DNA from: Felis catus
Taxonomy: Eukaryota
Length of the DNA stretch: 64,000 nt
NCBI RefSeq assembly: GCF_018350175.1
Contig: NC_058368.1
Location: 232,688,001-232,752,000 of the forward strand
Reading direction: 5' to 3'
Positions 23,658-36,461 of the stretch are shown here, one piece after another. Numbering within the stretch: position 1 is the first letter of the stretch; the number at the start of each line of letters is the position of its first letter. The notes below the pieces were generated by a model. The model saw only the letters and a program-made list of their open reading frames with translations. It was not told where the DNA came from and made no database searches. The translations under genes were made by a program, and so were the position numbers.

Positions 23658-24703
23658 AAAAACTCCCTTAGGAGGTCAGGAGATCCAGGAGAGAATGTAG
23701 ACAGTGACAAAAGTATCTATTGTGTACAAATGTGTGATACAATCTCACTGATAGGCGGGACGAAGCCGCGATGACCTTCATCATGTTGGGAATTAGTGGA
23801 GTCTGGCATGTAAATACTGTCCCTACAGGTTACAAAATGTGACACCATTACCATATCTACTGGTTGATCAACCAGATCTTGCTTTCTACTATCATTCTTC
23901 AGTAAAAAGAATAAGGGATACTTGAAAACTTTCTGATTCTGGATAACCCTGGAGCATGTGATAATGCCAGTAAGGAAGGAAGTCCTTGAAAAAGCCCCCA
24001 GTGATGAGAACGTATCAGAGATACAGGAGGCAGCCGACATGATGCCCAACTGGTAAAAATGGAAAGATTCAAGCAACACAATTCATTAAGAAGTATTACA
24101 TTGTAACCCAAAATGTAAACTAAATATCCATGAGGCCATACTGATACAAATCAACGTATAAGAAAAAAATATTCGGTTAATAGATAAATTTCCTTTCAGA
24201 AAAATGTCAAGTAATTTATGTCACCACTCAAGGAGGTAATGGCCTAACTCCCCACTTCCAGAGTGAGGATTGCGTATGGTGACCTCCTTTCAAAGAGTAT
24301 AGTGTGGAAATGGGAGAGGAGTAACTTTACCATACAGAACTAACAAACACGACTTCAGGGAGGTAATCAGGATTCACATCTACAGTGGTAGTACGTAGTA
24401 AAGATATCAGTATGCCCCGTAGATATGACTTGGTGGAAATGACTGAGGCATTGTCACAGCCAAGAAGAGCCTGAAGAGAAAGGACAAACAAATGTACTGT
24501 GGTATCCTGGACCAGAAAAAAGGACATTAGGTCAAAATGGACTTTAGCTCATATAAAATGATCAACACTGATTAATGGTGATAAGCATACAATACTAATG
24601 TAAGATATTAACAGGAGAAACTGGGTATGGTGTATATGGGAACTCCGCTATCTCCGCAAATTTTCTGTAAATCGAATTCTATTTTAAAGTACTAATTTAT
24701 TTC

Positions 24704-24937
24704 GGGGCGCCTGGGTGGCTCAGTCGGTGAAGCGTCCAACTTCAGCTCGGGTCATGATCTCGTGGTTTGTGGGTTCAAGCCCTGCATCGGGCTCTGTGCT
24801 GACAGCTCGGAGCCTGGAACCTGCTTCGGATCCTGTGTCTCCCTCTCTCTCTGTCCTTCCCCCACTCACGCTCTGTATCTCAAAAATAAACAAACGGTAA
24901 AAAAATAAAAATAAAATAAAATTTTATTTTAAAAAAT
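24704..24937 (+). mobile_element. Can-SINE
   Basis: ggggcgcctgggtggctcag head and A-rich tail. Confidence 0.95.
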
Positions 24938-24960
24938 AGGTTTAGAATTAGACTATTTCA

Positions 24961-25169
24961 GGGCGGCTGAATGGCTCAGTCAGTTAAGCGTTCGACTCTT
25001 GATTTCCGCTCAGGTCATGATCTCATGGTTTGTGAGTTCGAGACCCTCATAGGGCTTTGCATTGACATTGTGGAGCATGCTTGGGATTCTCTCTCTCCCT
25101 CTCTTTGCTCCTCCCCTCCCCTCTCTCTCTCAAATAAATAAATAAATAAATGAAATTATATAAGGAAAA
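24961..25169 (+). mobile_element. Can-SINE (older)
   Basis: TSD agaattag(ac/gt)tatttc at 24944-24959 and 25170-25185. Confidence 0.93.
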
Positions 25170-25206
25170 AGAATTAGGTTATTTCTATTCAGCAATTCAA
25201 ATAGAC

Positions 25207-25413
25207 TTTTAAAAAATGTTTATTTATTTTTGAGAGAGAGAGAAAGAGAGAGAGAGAATGAGCAGGGGAGGGGCAGAGAGAGAAGGAGACACAGAATCTG
25301 AAGCAGGCTCCAGGCTCTGAGCTCTCAGCACAGATCCAAATTCAAGAACCATGAGATCATGACCTGAGCTGAAGTCCGACGCTCAACCCACTGAGCCACC
25401 AACTGATGCCCCC
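25207..25413 (-). mobile_element. Can-SINE
   Basis: Antisense tail, (GA)n, B-box region and diverged head. Confidence 0.92.
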
Positions 25414-25448
25414 AAACTGATGACTTTAATTAGAACAAAGAAACATTC

Positions 25449-25686
25449 GGGGCGCCTGGGTGGCGCAGTCGGTTAAGCGTCCGACTTCAGCCAGGTCACG
25501 ATCTCGCGGTCCGGGAGTTCGAGCCCCGCGTCGGGCTCTGGGCTGATGGCTCGGAGCCTGGAGCCTGTTTCCGATTCTGTGTCTCCCTCTCTCTCTGCCC
25601 CTCCCCCGTTCATGCTCTGTCTCTCTCTGTCCCAAAAATAAATAAACGTTGAAAAAAAAAATTAAAAATAAAATAAAATAAAAAAA
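25449..25686 (+). mobile_element. Young SINEC_Fc-type Can-SINE
   Basis: CpG-intact, long A tail; perfect 17-bp TSD agaacaaagaaacattc at 25432-25448 and 25687-25703. Confidence 0.97.
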
Positions 25687-26509
25687 AGAACAAAGAAACA
25701 TTCAAAAACAAAACAAAACAAAAAAACAAAAGTTGTGGACAGTTTCCAGACTGCACATAGCTATGCCTTTCCATCTCTGGCTTACTCTTAACCTCCATTT
25801 TGATCTTATCAACTTCCAAATTACCTTGCTTAATGAGCTAAGGACTGAAGCTTGTTTTCCTTCCATCAGCATTCGCATGGATTCCTGGAATGTCTGCTCT
25901 CTGCAAACTCTTAAGGCGGAATGCTGCAAGCAACCTCAGGAGAGCGGCAGGGGAAGGCTGCCTCCCGAGTTTCACCTGCCTGGAGAAAGCAGTACACCGT
26001 ATAGAGGCTCTTCCTGGACATTTTCTATGATCTCACAATTACAAAAATATTGCATATATTGGAGGAACACCTGGTGAAGTCAGCCCGCTTTAAAACTGCC
26101 ACGAATCATGTCAGTCATTTAACCATCCAGAGCATCCATTTGATTATCGATTTATTGATTATCGACTATTCCCCCAGTTGGGAGTCCGTTGTGGTTCAGC
26201 AGCTTTAGAGAATATAGAGAAAACGTCCTCCCCTGGAGACAGATGAGTTCTGATTTCCCAGTCTCTCCGAGGAACTGGACAGAGAGAGAAATTTTGCAGA
26301 AGGGAAGACACGGAACCAATCACTTCTACAAGTGTCGGTTTATAAACATTTGTGTTTGAATGCACCCGGTTCATCTTCAAGCTGCAGAATGTCAGCATTG
26401 GAAGGGACTTTATTCCATTCCCATTTTATTAAGTCATTGACAGCCAACACAATGCCTAGACATATTTCTTTAAAAAAAATGTAACGTTGTATCACTGGTT
26501 TTTCTTTTT

Positions 26510-26736
26510 CTTTTTTTTTATTTTTTTTTTCAACGTTTTTTATTTATTTTTGGGACAGAGAGAGACAGAGCATGAATGGGGGAGGGGCAGAGAGAGAGGG
26601 AGACACAGAATCGGAAACAGGCTCCAGGCTCCGAGCCATCCACCCAGAGCCCGACGCGGGGCTCGAACTCACGGACCGCGAGATCGTGACCTGGCTGAAG
26701 TCGGACGCTTAACCGACTGCGCCACCCAGGCGCCCC
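26510..26736 (-). mobile_element. Young SINEC_Fc-type Can-SINE
   Basis: Full-length; TSD tggtttttcttttt at 26496-26509 and 26737-26750. Confidence 0.97.
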
Positions 26737-29700
26737 TGGTTTTTCTTTTTTAAGAAACAAAATTATCCTTTATAGTAATTTATATCTTAGAGATTTCACA
26801 TACTTCTTCCTTTCTCCAGCTGCTCTCCAAGCTTCATGTGGGCAGGAGGGCAACACCCTCTTACAGTAGCACAGGGAATAGAGCTCATCTGGTTGGACAA
26901 GAGCTGACCTCCACCCGTGTGCATTAACTGTGACATTTCTGGAATAGCCCAAGGACGAAGGGAAAAGAGATTCATTCATTCTTGCAAGAATATTCCAGAC
27001 ACACTCTGGGTCTGCTTCTCAGATTCCAGGTTCTTCTCCGAGGTGTAGGTTTGACTTGTATCATTGGTGTCCTCACCTCCCATCAGAGAGCAGATTACCT
27101 TTGTGAAGTCATATTGTGCGGGGATCTTTATCTATAGGCTTATAGTTTTATTATCTTTCTTATTTGCCTGCTCTAGCATGTGGTCTCCTAGATGCAAATG
27201 ATTTAGTATTTTGGTTATTTAGTAGCCCCCCAATAGTGGAGGGATGTGATAAATCCTAAATTTTCAATCACACATATATAATGTCTAACCTGACTATGAT
27301 ATCTGGTTAATTTACATTAACAACTCTCTTAAATTTTGCTTGTTAATGTAACATACATGGAAAGAAAGTTGAGAAAGTAATTTATTTTAACGTAGTGATA
27401 AGCTGAAACGCTAATATATTCTAAGAGTAGCAGTTGAGAAAATGACTAAGGTTTCCAATGATAGTTTGCAACAGAGTCCACTGTGCTACAAGCTTTAGAA
27501 GGCAGCAGAAATGTTTTAATCTTATGTTGTCCAGCCTTTTATGTAGCAGATATTGAACAAGCATGTGTTAGATTGAATAGCTCACTAGAGTCATGCACAT
27601 TTTTCCACTGTGATGCTATAAAACTACAAAGCATCTTTGAGGCTGGTCTCATTTTATAAAATAAAAATTAGGTGTGTTGAGACCAGGACTTCAGACCTCC
27701 TGGATTCTAGTACACAGTGAAGAGGCTGGTTTTTCAATAGCTTGGCTACTGATCTAAACCAAGAGTCAACAATATTCTTCTAGGAATCTTTTTGTCCACT
27801 CTTTGAGATTTTGCTCTGTTTGGTTTCAGAGCATAATCCTAACATGTACGTGTGATAAGATTCTGGGCTGTACAAGCTGGTAGCTAAATCTTTAGGAGCT
27901 CAGAAAAATCCAGAATCGTCTAGAAGCAAAATTGGTCTACACTTTTCAATCCTATCAGTTATAATACGTCCTTTCTTTATGGGTTTTCTTTACCCAATTC
28001 TTAACATTTTGGATTCTTCATGGAAGAAAACAAATATACAGAAAAGTTCCCCAATCATATGGTATATGCAAGTTTGAAGTTGAGAATGACTACTCTGTTT
28101 CTGTTTCCTTGGTGAGATAGGGGGGAGGTGTGATGGGGTAGGGGGCATGGTACTTCCTAGTTTCAATGGAATTGTTACAGAATATTCCAACAGCTATTAA
28201 AGTGGTTTTTTTGGTTTTTTTTTTGTTTTTTGTTTTTGCAAAGTAACAAAATATTCTAACCCATCAGTTAGAGGGCTCTGCTGGATTTAAGGATTGTTTG
28301 CCAAAGCTGTCGTTAAAAAATTGTTAATAAAAGCTTCCACAAAAATGTCATCTTGTAAATTATCAACATCATGGCATTAAGTTGGAGTTTGTTCCTCTGC
28401 AAAACTGAAAGACCAATTTCTCTCTGAATTTAATTCTATTCAAGTGGGATATTGTGCCTGCCTAATGAGAAAGAAATTTGACTGAGAACTGTCTGGATCA
28501 GCACCAAAGCTTTCTTTCCCAGAACCATTAACCAAGATCCAAAGTTTTATTTACAGCGCTCGTCACTTTCTCGTTGAAGGCAAGAGTAGAAAGAGATACC
28601 AGAATGCTGCAACCTTATTCTGCTTTTTTCCAAAAGGCACCGATAATTATTTCTAATCTGAAAAGACTCCAGTGGGAAACAGGTTTACATTTTGCTTGGG
28701 TCCCTAAAACTCTTAAAAAGCCTTCGTTCTTTTTCATGTTTTAACTGTGTGTGTGTGATGTATTACTAGCCAGGAACTCCTAAGAGTGAATAATATTAAA
28801 CTTGTTGATGATAAACAGCACCACTGAGAGCAAAACTCTTCAATACTAGACATTTCTAGAGAAGTCTGTATTTGCTGAAACTTGAACAGGATGAAAAGCT
28901 GGCTACAAAGTGTGACCAATCTTAGGGGTATTGGTGGAATTATTTTAGATACGGTTCTTGACAGGAAGATGAATTAAGAAACTACCCAAGGACTTTTATT
29001 TCGATGACTGAATTTGAAGGCAATTAGCCAGAGACTTATTTTCCCTTCTAAAGGTAATATTTACTAAATCTATCTTTCTATATACCTCAGTGGTACTGTA
29101 CATTTATTACCTTATTCGTTTTCCCATATTATACATTAGCTATTATTTTCCCTTCTCTATAGTTGAGGAAAGTCACGTGTAAGGAGTATGACTCCCTTGT
29201 TCACTCTTAGACATTTGGCAAATGACCTACAGTGAGCTCTGCCGTTGGTTGTATCTTCGTTTTTTTTTTTTCTTTTTAATCATTAATTCCAAAAAGTGAA
29301 AGTGTCCTCAAACAAAGAAAAAAAGCATACTCACAGACATAAAAATTGCCCATTCTTATCCGGTTCAGTGGAAAGCAGTTTGTCTAGCAGATGTAAGTAA
29401 CCTATGTTCCCTACCAAGACCATGGCTAGATAAACATTCTCCCAAGAATGAAACTATTCCATTTCAGCCTGAAAAAAAAAAAAATGAACCAGTTTATTCA
29501 AATCTATCTTTCCATTCTGATTCTGACTCACCAAATTCTCTTCTCGTTATCAGATAATCCCACTTGCCTTAATAACTCATACCAACTACCTGTCGATAAT
29601 ATCATCATAGTAATTAATATAATGAAATGCATTCTTGTTCATACATTATGCATGAAGATTTGGGTAAGTTTCCTTTGAGCCTTGCTTTTCTTATTTTTAA

Positions 29701-30399
29701 AAGAAGGCTGGTATTACCCAACTTGCAGTTTCCCCAGTAATTTGGAAAGAACCCAGAAGAGTTCCTAACACCTAGAAGGAAAGTAATGAAGAGAGGTGGC
29801 CATTATCACACCATCTCTGGGATTATTTTTGCAATTACCATTATGTACGTCTTATCAATATATCTTATGTTCCCTTTGGAGCCATTAACACAGTAGAAAT
29901 GTAACAGACATTTAATAATGGGAGCCCAATACATATTTATTGTCAAAAATTAATTGTCAAAAACAGAATCTGAAGGACAGAATTCACCAGAAGCTTCTGG
30001 CAGACAGAGGCTCACTCTTTAGTCCATCTAATAAATTCTTCTGTTCTGAGCTGGCATTCATGCTTCCTTGAACATGGCACGTTACTTGGTTGATTATGGA
30101 CTCCTCTGCCAGACAACAGCAATCACAGAATCTTCTGCACCAGAGAATGCTTTAACCGTCAGACTCCAAAGCATAAAATAAAGCCTGAATTCAGATGATT
30201 ACTTAGAGATATGTGGCATTTCAATTCGCATGCTAAGTGAGGTGAGAGTAAATTAAAACTATACCCAAACACAACCTATTTGGGGAACTAGTGCCTCAGG
30301 ATTAGTGTCCCAAGAGTCGCCGAAGAGCTCCTGCGCAGTGAGAGTGCGTGATGGTGTTTTCCTGGAAGTCTCCTGAACTTGGGCCAATCGTGTTTTCTC

Positions 30400-30440
30400 T
30401 CTTTCTGTCTTTCTTTCCATCTTTCTTTCTTCCTTCCTTT

Positions 30441-30484
<44 letters not shown>

Positions 30485-30486
30485 TC
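30400..30486. repeat. (CTTT)n microsatellite
   Basis: Direct reading. Confidence 0.95.
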
Positions 30487-32587
30487 GTAAGCATCCAGAA
30501 GTGAGTATTCTGGAAGGGAATATTACGGAAGTGAATGTTTCAATATAGGCAGTCATTGAATTTGGCTCTTCCTTTTGTTTCGTGTAGTTTTCATTTAACT
30601 GTGATTGAGTGCAGAGGGAGAATTTCCAAATTTTTTGTGATGGATGGGCTAAGACATTCTTTCATGTCATTTAATAAAATGAGAAAATAATACTTTCCAG
30701 AGGTAGCTCTGTGCCTACTTTCCCCTTTGACCTTCAAACAGTTATCTTGATTGAAATCAATATTGCATTATTTGAGTTGGGCATTTTGTCGTAGGGAGAT
30801 CTTAGTTTTATCTCAAAACTCTTAGAAAATCCTTGCTTTATAGAAATTTGTTCCTGGTGTTTTGGTTTTGACCGTTTATCTCATCTAGTCTTAGAAAATG
30901 AAATTTCATTTTTCATTGTAAATGAACATAGATGTTAAGAATCCTATGCATTCAGAAAGACATCAATTGTCAGTATGGCATATTGCAGAATGTTTGATAT
31001 TTTAATACGATGTCTTAGCAACATAGATGAAGTGCAAAAGTCAGTGAACACCTTCATGATATTCTTAAAGTCTTTAAAAAAAAAAAACTTTTGAAAGAAT
31101 CCTGCTTAATGCCTGTTCCTCCTGCATTGGGTACCATCGGAAGTATTTCCCTCGATGAGGGAAGGAAGAAATCCTAAACGAGAACTACGGCTAGAGAGAT
31201 TTATCTTCAACACAAGGGAAATTTAATTAGTATGACTAAAAGGAGAAGATGAGAGGGGAAAGGATGACAGAAATTTTACCCGCAGACCGAAGCCCATGGA
31301 TTGGAGAAGGAAAGGTCCTATCTGACATATCAGGCAGGCCTGGTTTCCAGAGCTTTTGCCACCCTGAGGAACGGAGATAGGACTGGATAGGAAAGTTGTG
31401 TAGTTTACTACTGATGAAGTTGCTTGGGCTGGGCTCTCAGAGGCCAAGGTGAAATGGAGCTGGTGAGTTGGCATTAAAATGATTTGCATTTCTCACTCAC
31501 AAATCTTAGGCCAGAGAAAGATGTGGGTAGGTGGGGCAGAAACCAAGACTTCTGGGTCAAAAAAGCTGGAACCAGGCTCTTGCTAGTCAACCAGTGCCCT
31601 GTGCAGGATGTAGAGACTGAGCCCTTTCCACCAAACTTGAAATTGCCATGAATTCTAGAAGGAGCTTCTCCATGGAATGAACGGAGAAGCATTTGGGGCA
31701 TTTCCAAACCTCACAAGTAAAGGCTACCATGACTCACAAGGGTGGCAACTCTGGGGTGGGGAGGGCACCCTTGTTCTTAGGGGAACAACAGAGCCGGGTG
31801 GAGGAAGATAGTCCACTGGTATCTTAATAATATGTAGCTCTCAAGCCAGACCCAGTCAGTTTTCTCCTCCTTTGGGGGTGTCTGCCTTTATGCTGATTGA
31901 TCTCTTTTATCAAAGCCTAGAAACAGTTCTATGACAGGAGATGTTTCCGTTGCTAAAAGGCCCTGTTGGGAGACCCTTACCCTAACGGAAGAATACAGAT
32001 TTAGAATCTGTGTTGACAGAAAAAAACAAAGGTAGTGTTAATGCACGAGGGAGTAGTGGGGACAGAGAGATGCTGAAGAGGAGAGCCCATGGGCCACTCC
32101 AGGCAGGGCCAGACAACAAACCCACCTCATAAGGCTTCCATGGGAAAAAAAAAATGTTGGCTTACCCCAGCTGACCAAGAAGGAGGGACTGAGTATCCCA
32201 ACAAACTTTCAAGATGGAGAGAAACCAGTGTCGCTTTAGTCATTCACAATAGGATTAGGGCCAGTGGTATTATTAGTTTTCTCAGAACACCTCCCTTTGC
32301 TAGGGACGTTGATTCAGGAGACCAAAAATATAAATTCCAAGGTTATTTGGTGAGCAGAAACGGGTTGGAAGAAAATAACTCTCTGGAGGGATATATGTCC
32401 ATTAATCCAGGAAAACTTAAGCAGTATTTATTTGTCCAGATAATCAGTAAAAGTGTCCTGTAGTCAAATCCCCATTTCTCTGGAATTGACTGGGTACATC
32501 TGAGAAGACCATAATTTTCTTTTTCTAAAATGTATTGAATTCACTAGGTAACAAATACGGTAAACTATCAAGAACTGTGACAGATAT

Positions 32588-32797
32588 GGCGGTTCAGTCA
32601 GTTAAGGATCCGACTGTTGGTTTAGCATAAGTCATGATCTCATGATTCATGAGTCTGAGCCCCTCATCAGGCTCTTCTGACAGCTTGGAGCCTGTTTAGG
32701 ATTCTATTTCTCCCTCTCTCTCTCTGCCCCTCCTCTGTTCTTGCTCTCTCTCTCTCTTTCTTTCCCAAAATAAATAAATAAACTTAAAAAAAAAAAA
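32588..32797 (+). mobile_element. Can-SINE (5' clipped) inserted at the start of an MLT1 LTR
   Basis: TSD aagaa(c/t)tgtg(ac a/gc g)gatat on both sides. Confidence 0.92.
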
Positions 32798-32801
32798 GAA
32801 T

Positions 32802-33460
32802 TGTGGCGGATATATTCTTAGGTGACACTCAAGGATTCATGCCCTTGGATAATTCCCTTCCCTTGAGTGTGGCAGAAACAGGGGCATGGTTTTGACCAAC
32901 AGAATATGACGAATGTGATGGATGTCTCTTCTTTGATTAGACTGTGCGATTTGGTAAGACAAATAGATTTAAGTCGCTTGTGTAAGTCACACCTTAGGGC
33001 AGAAGTGGTGGGATTTTGCGGATGATTAAGAACACAGAGTAGCTGACTTTTTGAGGTAAGCCAAAGGGAGATGACCTTGAGTGCTTCTGACTTAATCTGG
33101 TGAAGGTGCTTGAAAAAAGGACTGGAGATCGTGTGAGGAAATAGAAACCATCTTTCCGTTGTTGAAGGTGCAAACTGCGGTGTCTTGACTCCCCATGGAA
33201 AGGGCCCTGTGGAAAAGAAACTGGGGGCAGCCTCCCTTCAACACCTGTTAGGAAGCCAGAGTCCTCACTCATACGGTCCACGGGGATGCACTCTTCCGAC
33301 CTGAATGAGACGGGCAAGGACTCTTCCCCGGTCAGGCCTCCAGATAAGAGTGCAGGCAAACAGGCATCCTCATCCTCATCCGGGGAGACGCTCACCAGAG
33401 GGTCCGGATAAGTCATGGTAACGTTGTGGTCGTCAGTGACACGTCATTGGGAAATGAATG
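32802..33460 (+). mobile_element. MaLR LTR (MLT1D/E-like)
   Basis: 'ataattcccttcccttgagtgtggcag', 'tgaccaacagaatatg', 'ggccctgtggaaaagaaactg', 'cctgaatgag...cctccagataagagtgcag'. Confidence 0.78.
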
Positions 33461-34633
33461 CAAGAATGCCATAGATTTTAAAAACCGCCTTGGGCTCTTG
33501 GCTGGATTAAAAGACACCCTAGTTTCATCAGCAGAAGTGAAAATCGCCTCTGGGAAATTTCTTCTGCCTATCGCTGGCTGAGCTCCTTCAAGTGTCGATC
33601 TCTATTTGCGTCAGTTCCAGAGGTGAGTTTTTCTACACCCACGGGTCCCCAAAATCTAAGAGCACCTTCTGAATGCTCCATCCATGCCAACTTTAGGATC
33701 TGGTTCACTGGCAATGTATGGACCGCATTTTCAGAGTAAAAACAAAGTAACAGAACGGCAGCAAGTGATTCATTAATCGTGACGTTACTGCTGAGACTGC
33801 TCTACAATTTATCAAAAGCTTATCTCCATAACCCATCCTTTCTTAGGGTCGCTGTGGGTTTTTGGTTTTTTGTTTTTTTTTTTTTTTTTTTTCCTCTTGG
33901 CTTCCTGCTCATTTGCAGTCCTATCTCCTATTTTGCATTTAGATGAGGCACGGATTAATTCTGAAATCCTGGGATGAACAGAATACAATAATGGCAATCT
34001 CCAAGTAGCAGAGCGTGTCCCTCTAGGGGTGATGTATGGGTCACCACACACACTTGAACCCAGAAATCACCAGTCCACAAATAGCGGTCTTCATCGTAAA
34101 TTTCTGCCGGAAACCCCGAAGGCGGGAAAGACCCAGAGGCTACACAGCCAACACGAGCACATTCTTCACAACTGAATTGCCCAGAAATTGCCTAGAAATT
34201 TAACTAGCTTTAGAAGCATCCTCAGGGATTTCTTGAGATATAGGTAAATCATATTTCCCATGTAAACAATCCTGAGGAACACTAAGCAATTGGAGGTCAA
34301 ATTAATCTTGACTCAAGAGACAATTATAGAGTTCAGCAGCCATGGGGGGGGGGGGGGGTTTAACTGACTGCATTAGCCAAAAAACCCTCGTTGGGCTAGC
34401 CCACAAATAGCATCCCTCTATGTGTCTCCCCTACGTGAACAAGTTGAGAATTTTTTTTATTATTTAGAAATTCAACATAGTGGGTAAATTATAAGCTGCA
34501 TTATCAATAGGGGCTGAATCGGAGGACATTGCTTATGTGAGCGCTTGCTAAATTCCAGAATTAAACAGATGTTGCCATCTATTATCAGCATCCAGCTGGG
34601 TGAGCCTCCCTGGCCTGTTCTCAAAACAAAGAA

Positions 34634-34700
34634 GGGGTGGGGAGGAGAGGTTGAGCATGCGCAGTCACTCTCCCAAACTGACCAATCAGAGGCGTAACTC
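34634..34700. promoter_or_regulatory. Candidate promoter-like module (Sp/KLF + NRF1-like + NF-Y CCAAT)
   Basis: ggggtgggg 34634-34642, gagcatgcgca 34653-34663, tgaccaatcag 34679-34689. Confidence 0.4.
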
Positions 34701-35498
34701 CTTTACCTGGAGGCAGAATGCTGACGAAACGGTTGGTCCGCTCTCTCGACAGGAAGAAAATGGATCGCCCAGCAATCCCCGTTTGTTTAGATCACATTTA
34801 ATAAACTTTCTCTTAAGAAACCAAGACTTAACGTTATTACTAAATGGGGAGACTGTCATCAGCTTAGAGAGTTGAGTAAAAGATATCGTTGTACATCTTA
34901 TGTCATAAATCAAAGCCAAGCAAGATAATAAGAGATGATATGAGAGATTTGTTACAAATAAATTATGCATGGTGTGTAGTCAAAGGAAAGGCATTGGCAC
35001 TTCTTAGCTAAACATCTGAAGTTAATCATCCAGTGCAAAGAAAAGAGTGGCAGTTATGTCTTTGGAAAATACAGAAAACTGTGAGCCGATTGCCAAATCA
35101 TGTCTGGGAGGAAGACCAGCCTCATGCTGAGCAAACGTTGCATGATCCTGTCGAGACCTCCGTCTCTGTTGGACGGTGGAGGAGGTGCCAGTCTCCTCCC
35201 CCCAGGCCTGGCCCCAGAACCTTCCACATCACAGAACACCAGGGAGCCATACTTGTGCGGAATAACACCATCTGCCCCCAACCTTCCTGCCAGTCCTCTT
35301 CCCCAGGACTGTTCTAGAATTTCTGTATAGAAGGGGTTTAGGACAGTAGTCTGCATGGAAGGACTACTGCATGGGCCAGGGATGCTCATCTGAAAACATC
35401 CTGTGCCTTTTAAATTTTTTCTATTGCAGGTTTATTTTTTCAGGACCATGGTTGGGAATGAGTGAGAGATTATGGAGACACTCAGATCCCTCAAGATA

Positions 35499-35649
35499 AA
35501 GCACAGGAGGGGCAGGGAGAGAGAGAGAGAATCCCCAGCAGGCCCTGCCCTGCAGAGTCTGATGTGGGGCTCGAACCCACAAACCTTGAGATCATGACCT
35601 GAGCTCAAGAGTTTGACGCCCCACCGACTGAGATACCCAGGTGTCACCC
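35499..35649 (-). mobile_element. Can-SINE lacking tail
   Basis: (GA)n, gaatccc..gggctcgaacccac..gagatcatgacctgagc; flanking repeat ccctcaaga. Confidence 0.88.
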
Positions 35650-36461
35650 TCAAGACACTCTTAGTACCACCCCTCTTCCTCCCGAAAGAGTGCACTTTAG
35701 ATTCCAAGATGGCCACTCATTCAAGAAATCCCTAAACCGTATAGCAAAGCATCTATTCCCTTCTCTTAAAATAATAACAATCGCAATTAATCAGACTTTG
35801 TATTAACCCACACCCGGGAAGGTTGGTTGTGGAACCCTATCCATATACTTTCTTCCTGAGCCCCCTAAAAGAGCCATGTTGCTGAACCAGGCTGTGGCGG
35901 GGTCTCTCACAATCAGAAGGGACAATGGCGTGTTCTAACGATGGCGGAGGCCTATTGTGAATTAGAAGGCACCTAAATAGCATCCATTGCAGGCCAGAGA
36001 AGAGCTAACATCAAAGCTCTTTTTGGGCCCACAGACTCCAGAGGAAAACCCAATTGGGGAGCCCAAGAGCCAGTCCTAGGGATGACCCAGCACCACCCCT
36101 CTACAAGTTCACCTTTAAGCTGGGAATTAGGCCACCCTCATGTCAGGGTGATGGGCTTCGAGCTCTTGTATTCACCGCGAGAGAGAAATGGTCACAGACA
36201 TGAACCAGTAAATTAAATGGTGACAGTTTCCATTAGAGACAGTAAAGCACACAGAAGGCTGGGGGAAGTTTACAAATCATTAGGCGTGTTTATTCTACAA
36301 GCTTCTGCAATCGATTCTGGGTAATTAATCTGAAAGAGAATATTAGAAGTTATTAGTAATGTGAGGAAAGCTGAGAAGCTTAAAAGTGCCTCCTAAAGGA
36401 AAATAAAATACATTTGAGACAAGCAGATACATATATTCTGTGGATTTAGGACCCCTATAAA

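Larger units (their letters stand above)
20745..24700 (+). mobile_element. Old L1 (L1MC3-like): decayed ORF2 3' half plus long 3'UTR, interrupted by three SINEs
   Basis: ORF2-like remnants (ORF track: KKENCQIISLMNMDKMVLK; 'aaacttctagaagaaaacacaggaga'; 'aactggaagaaaccaagatgtcc'); L1MC-type 3'UTR ending ..ttttctgtaaatc. Confidence 0.88.
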
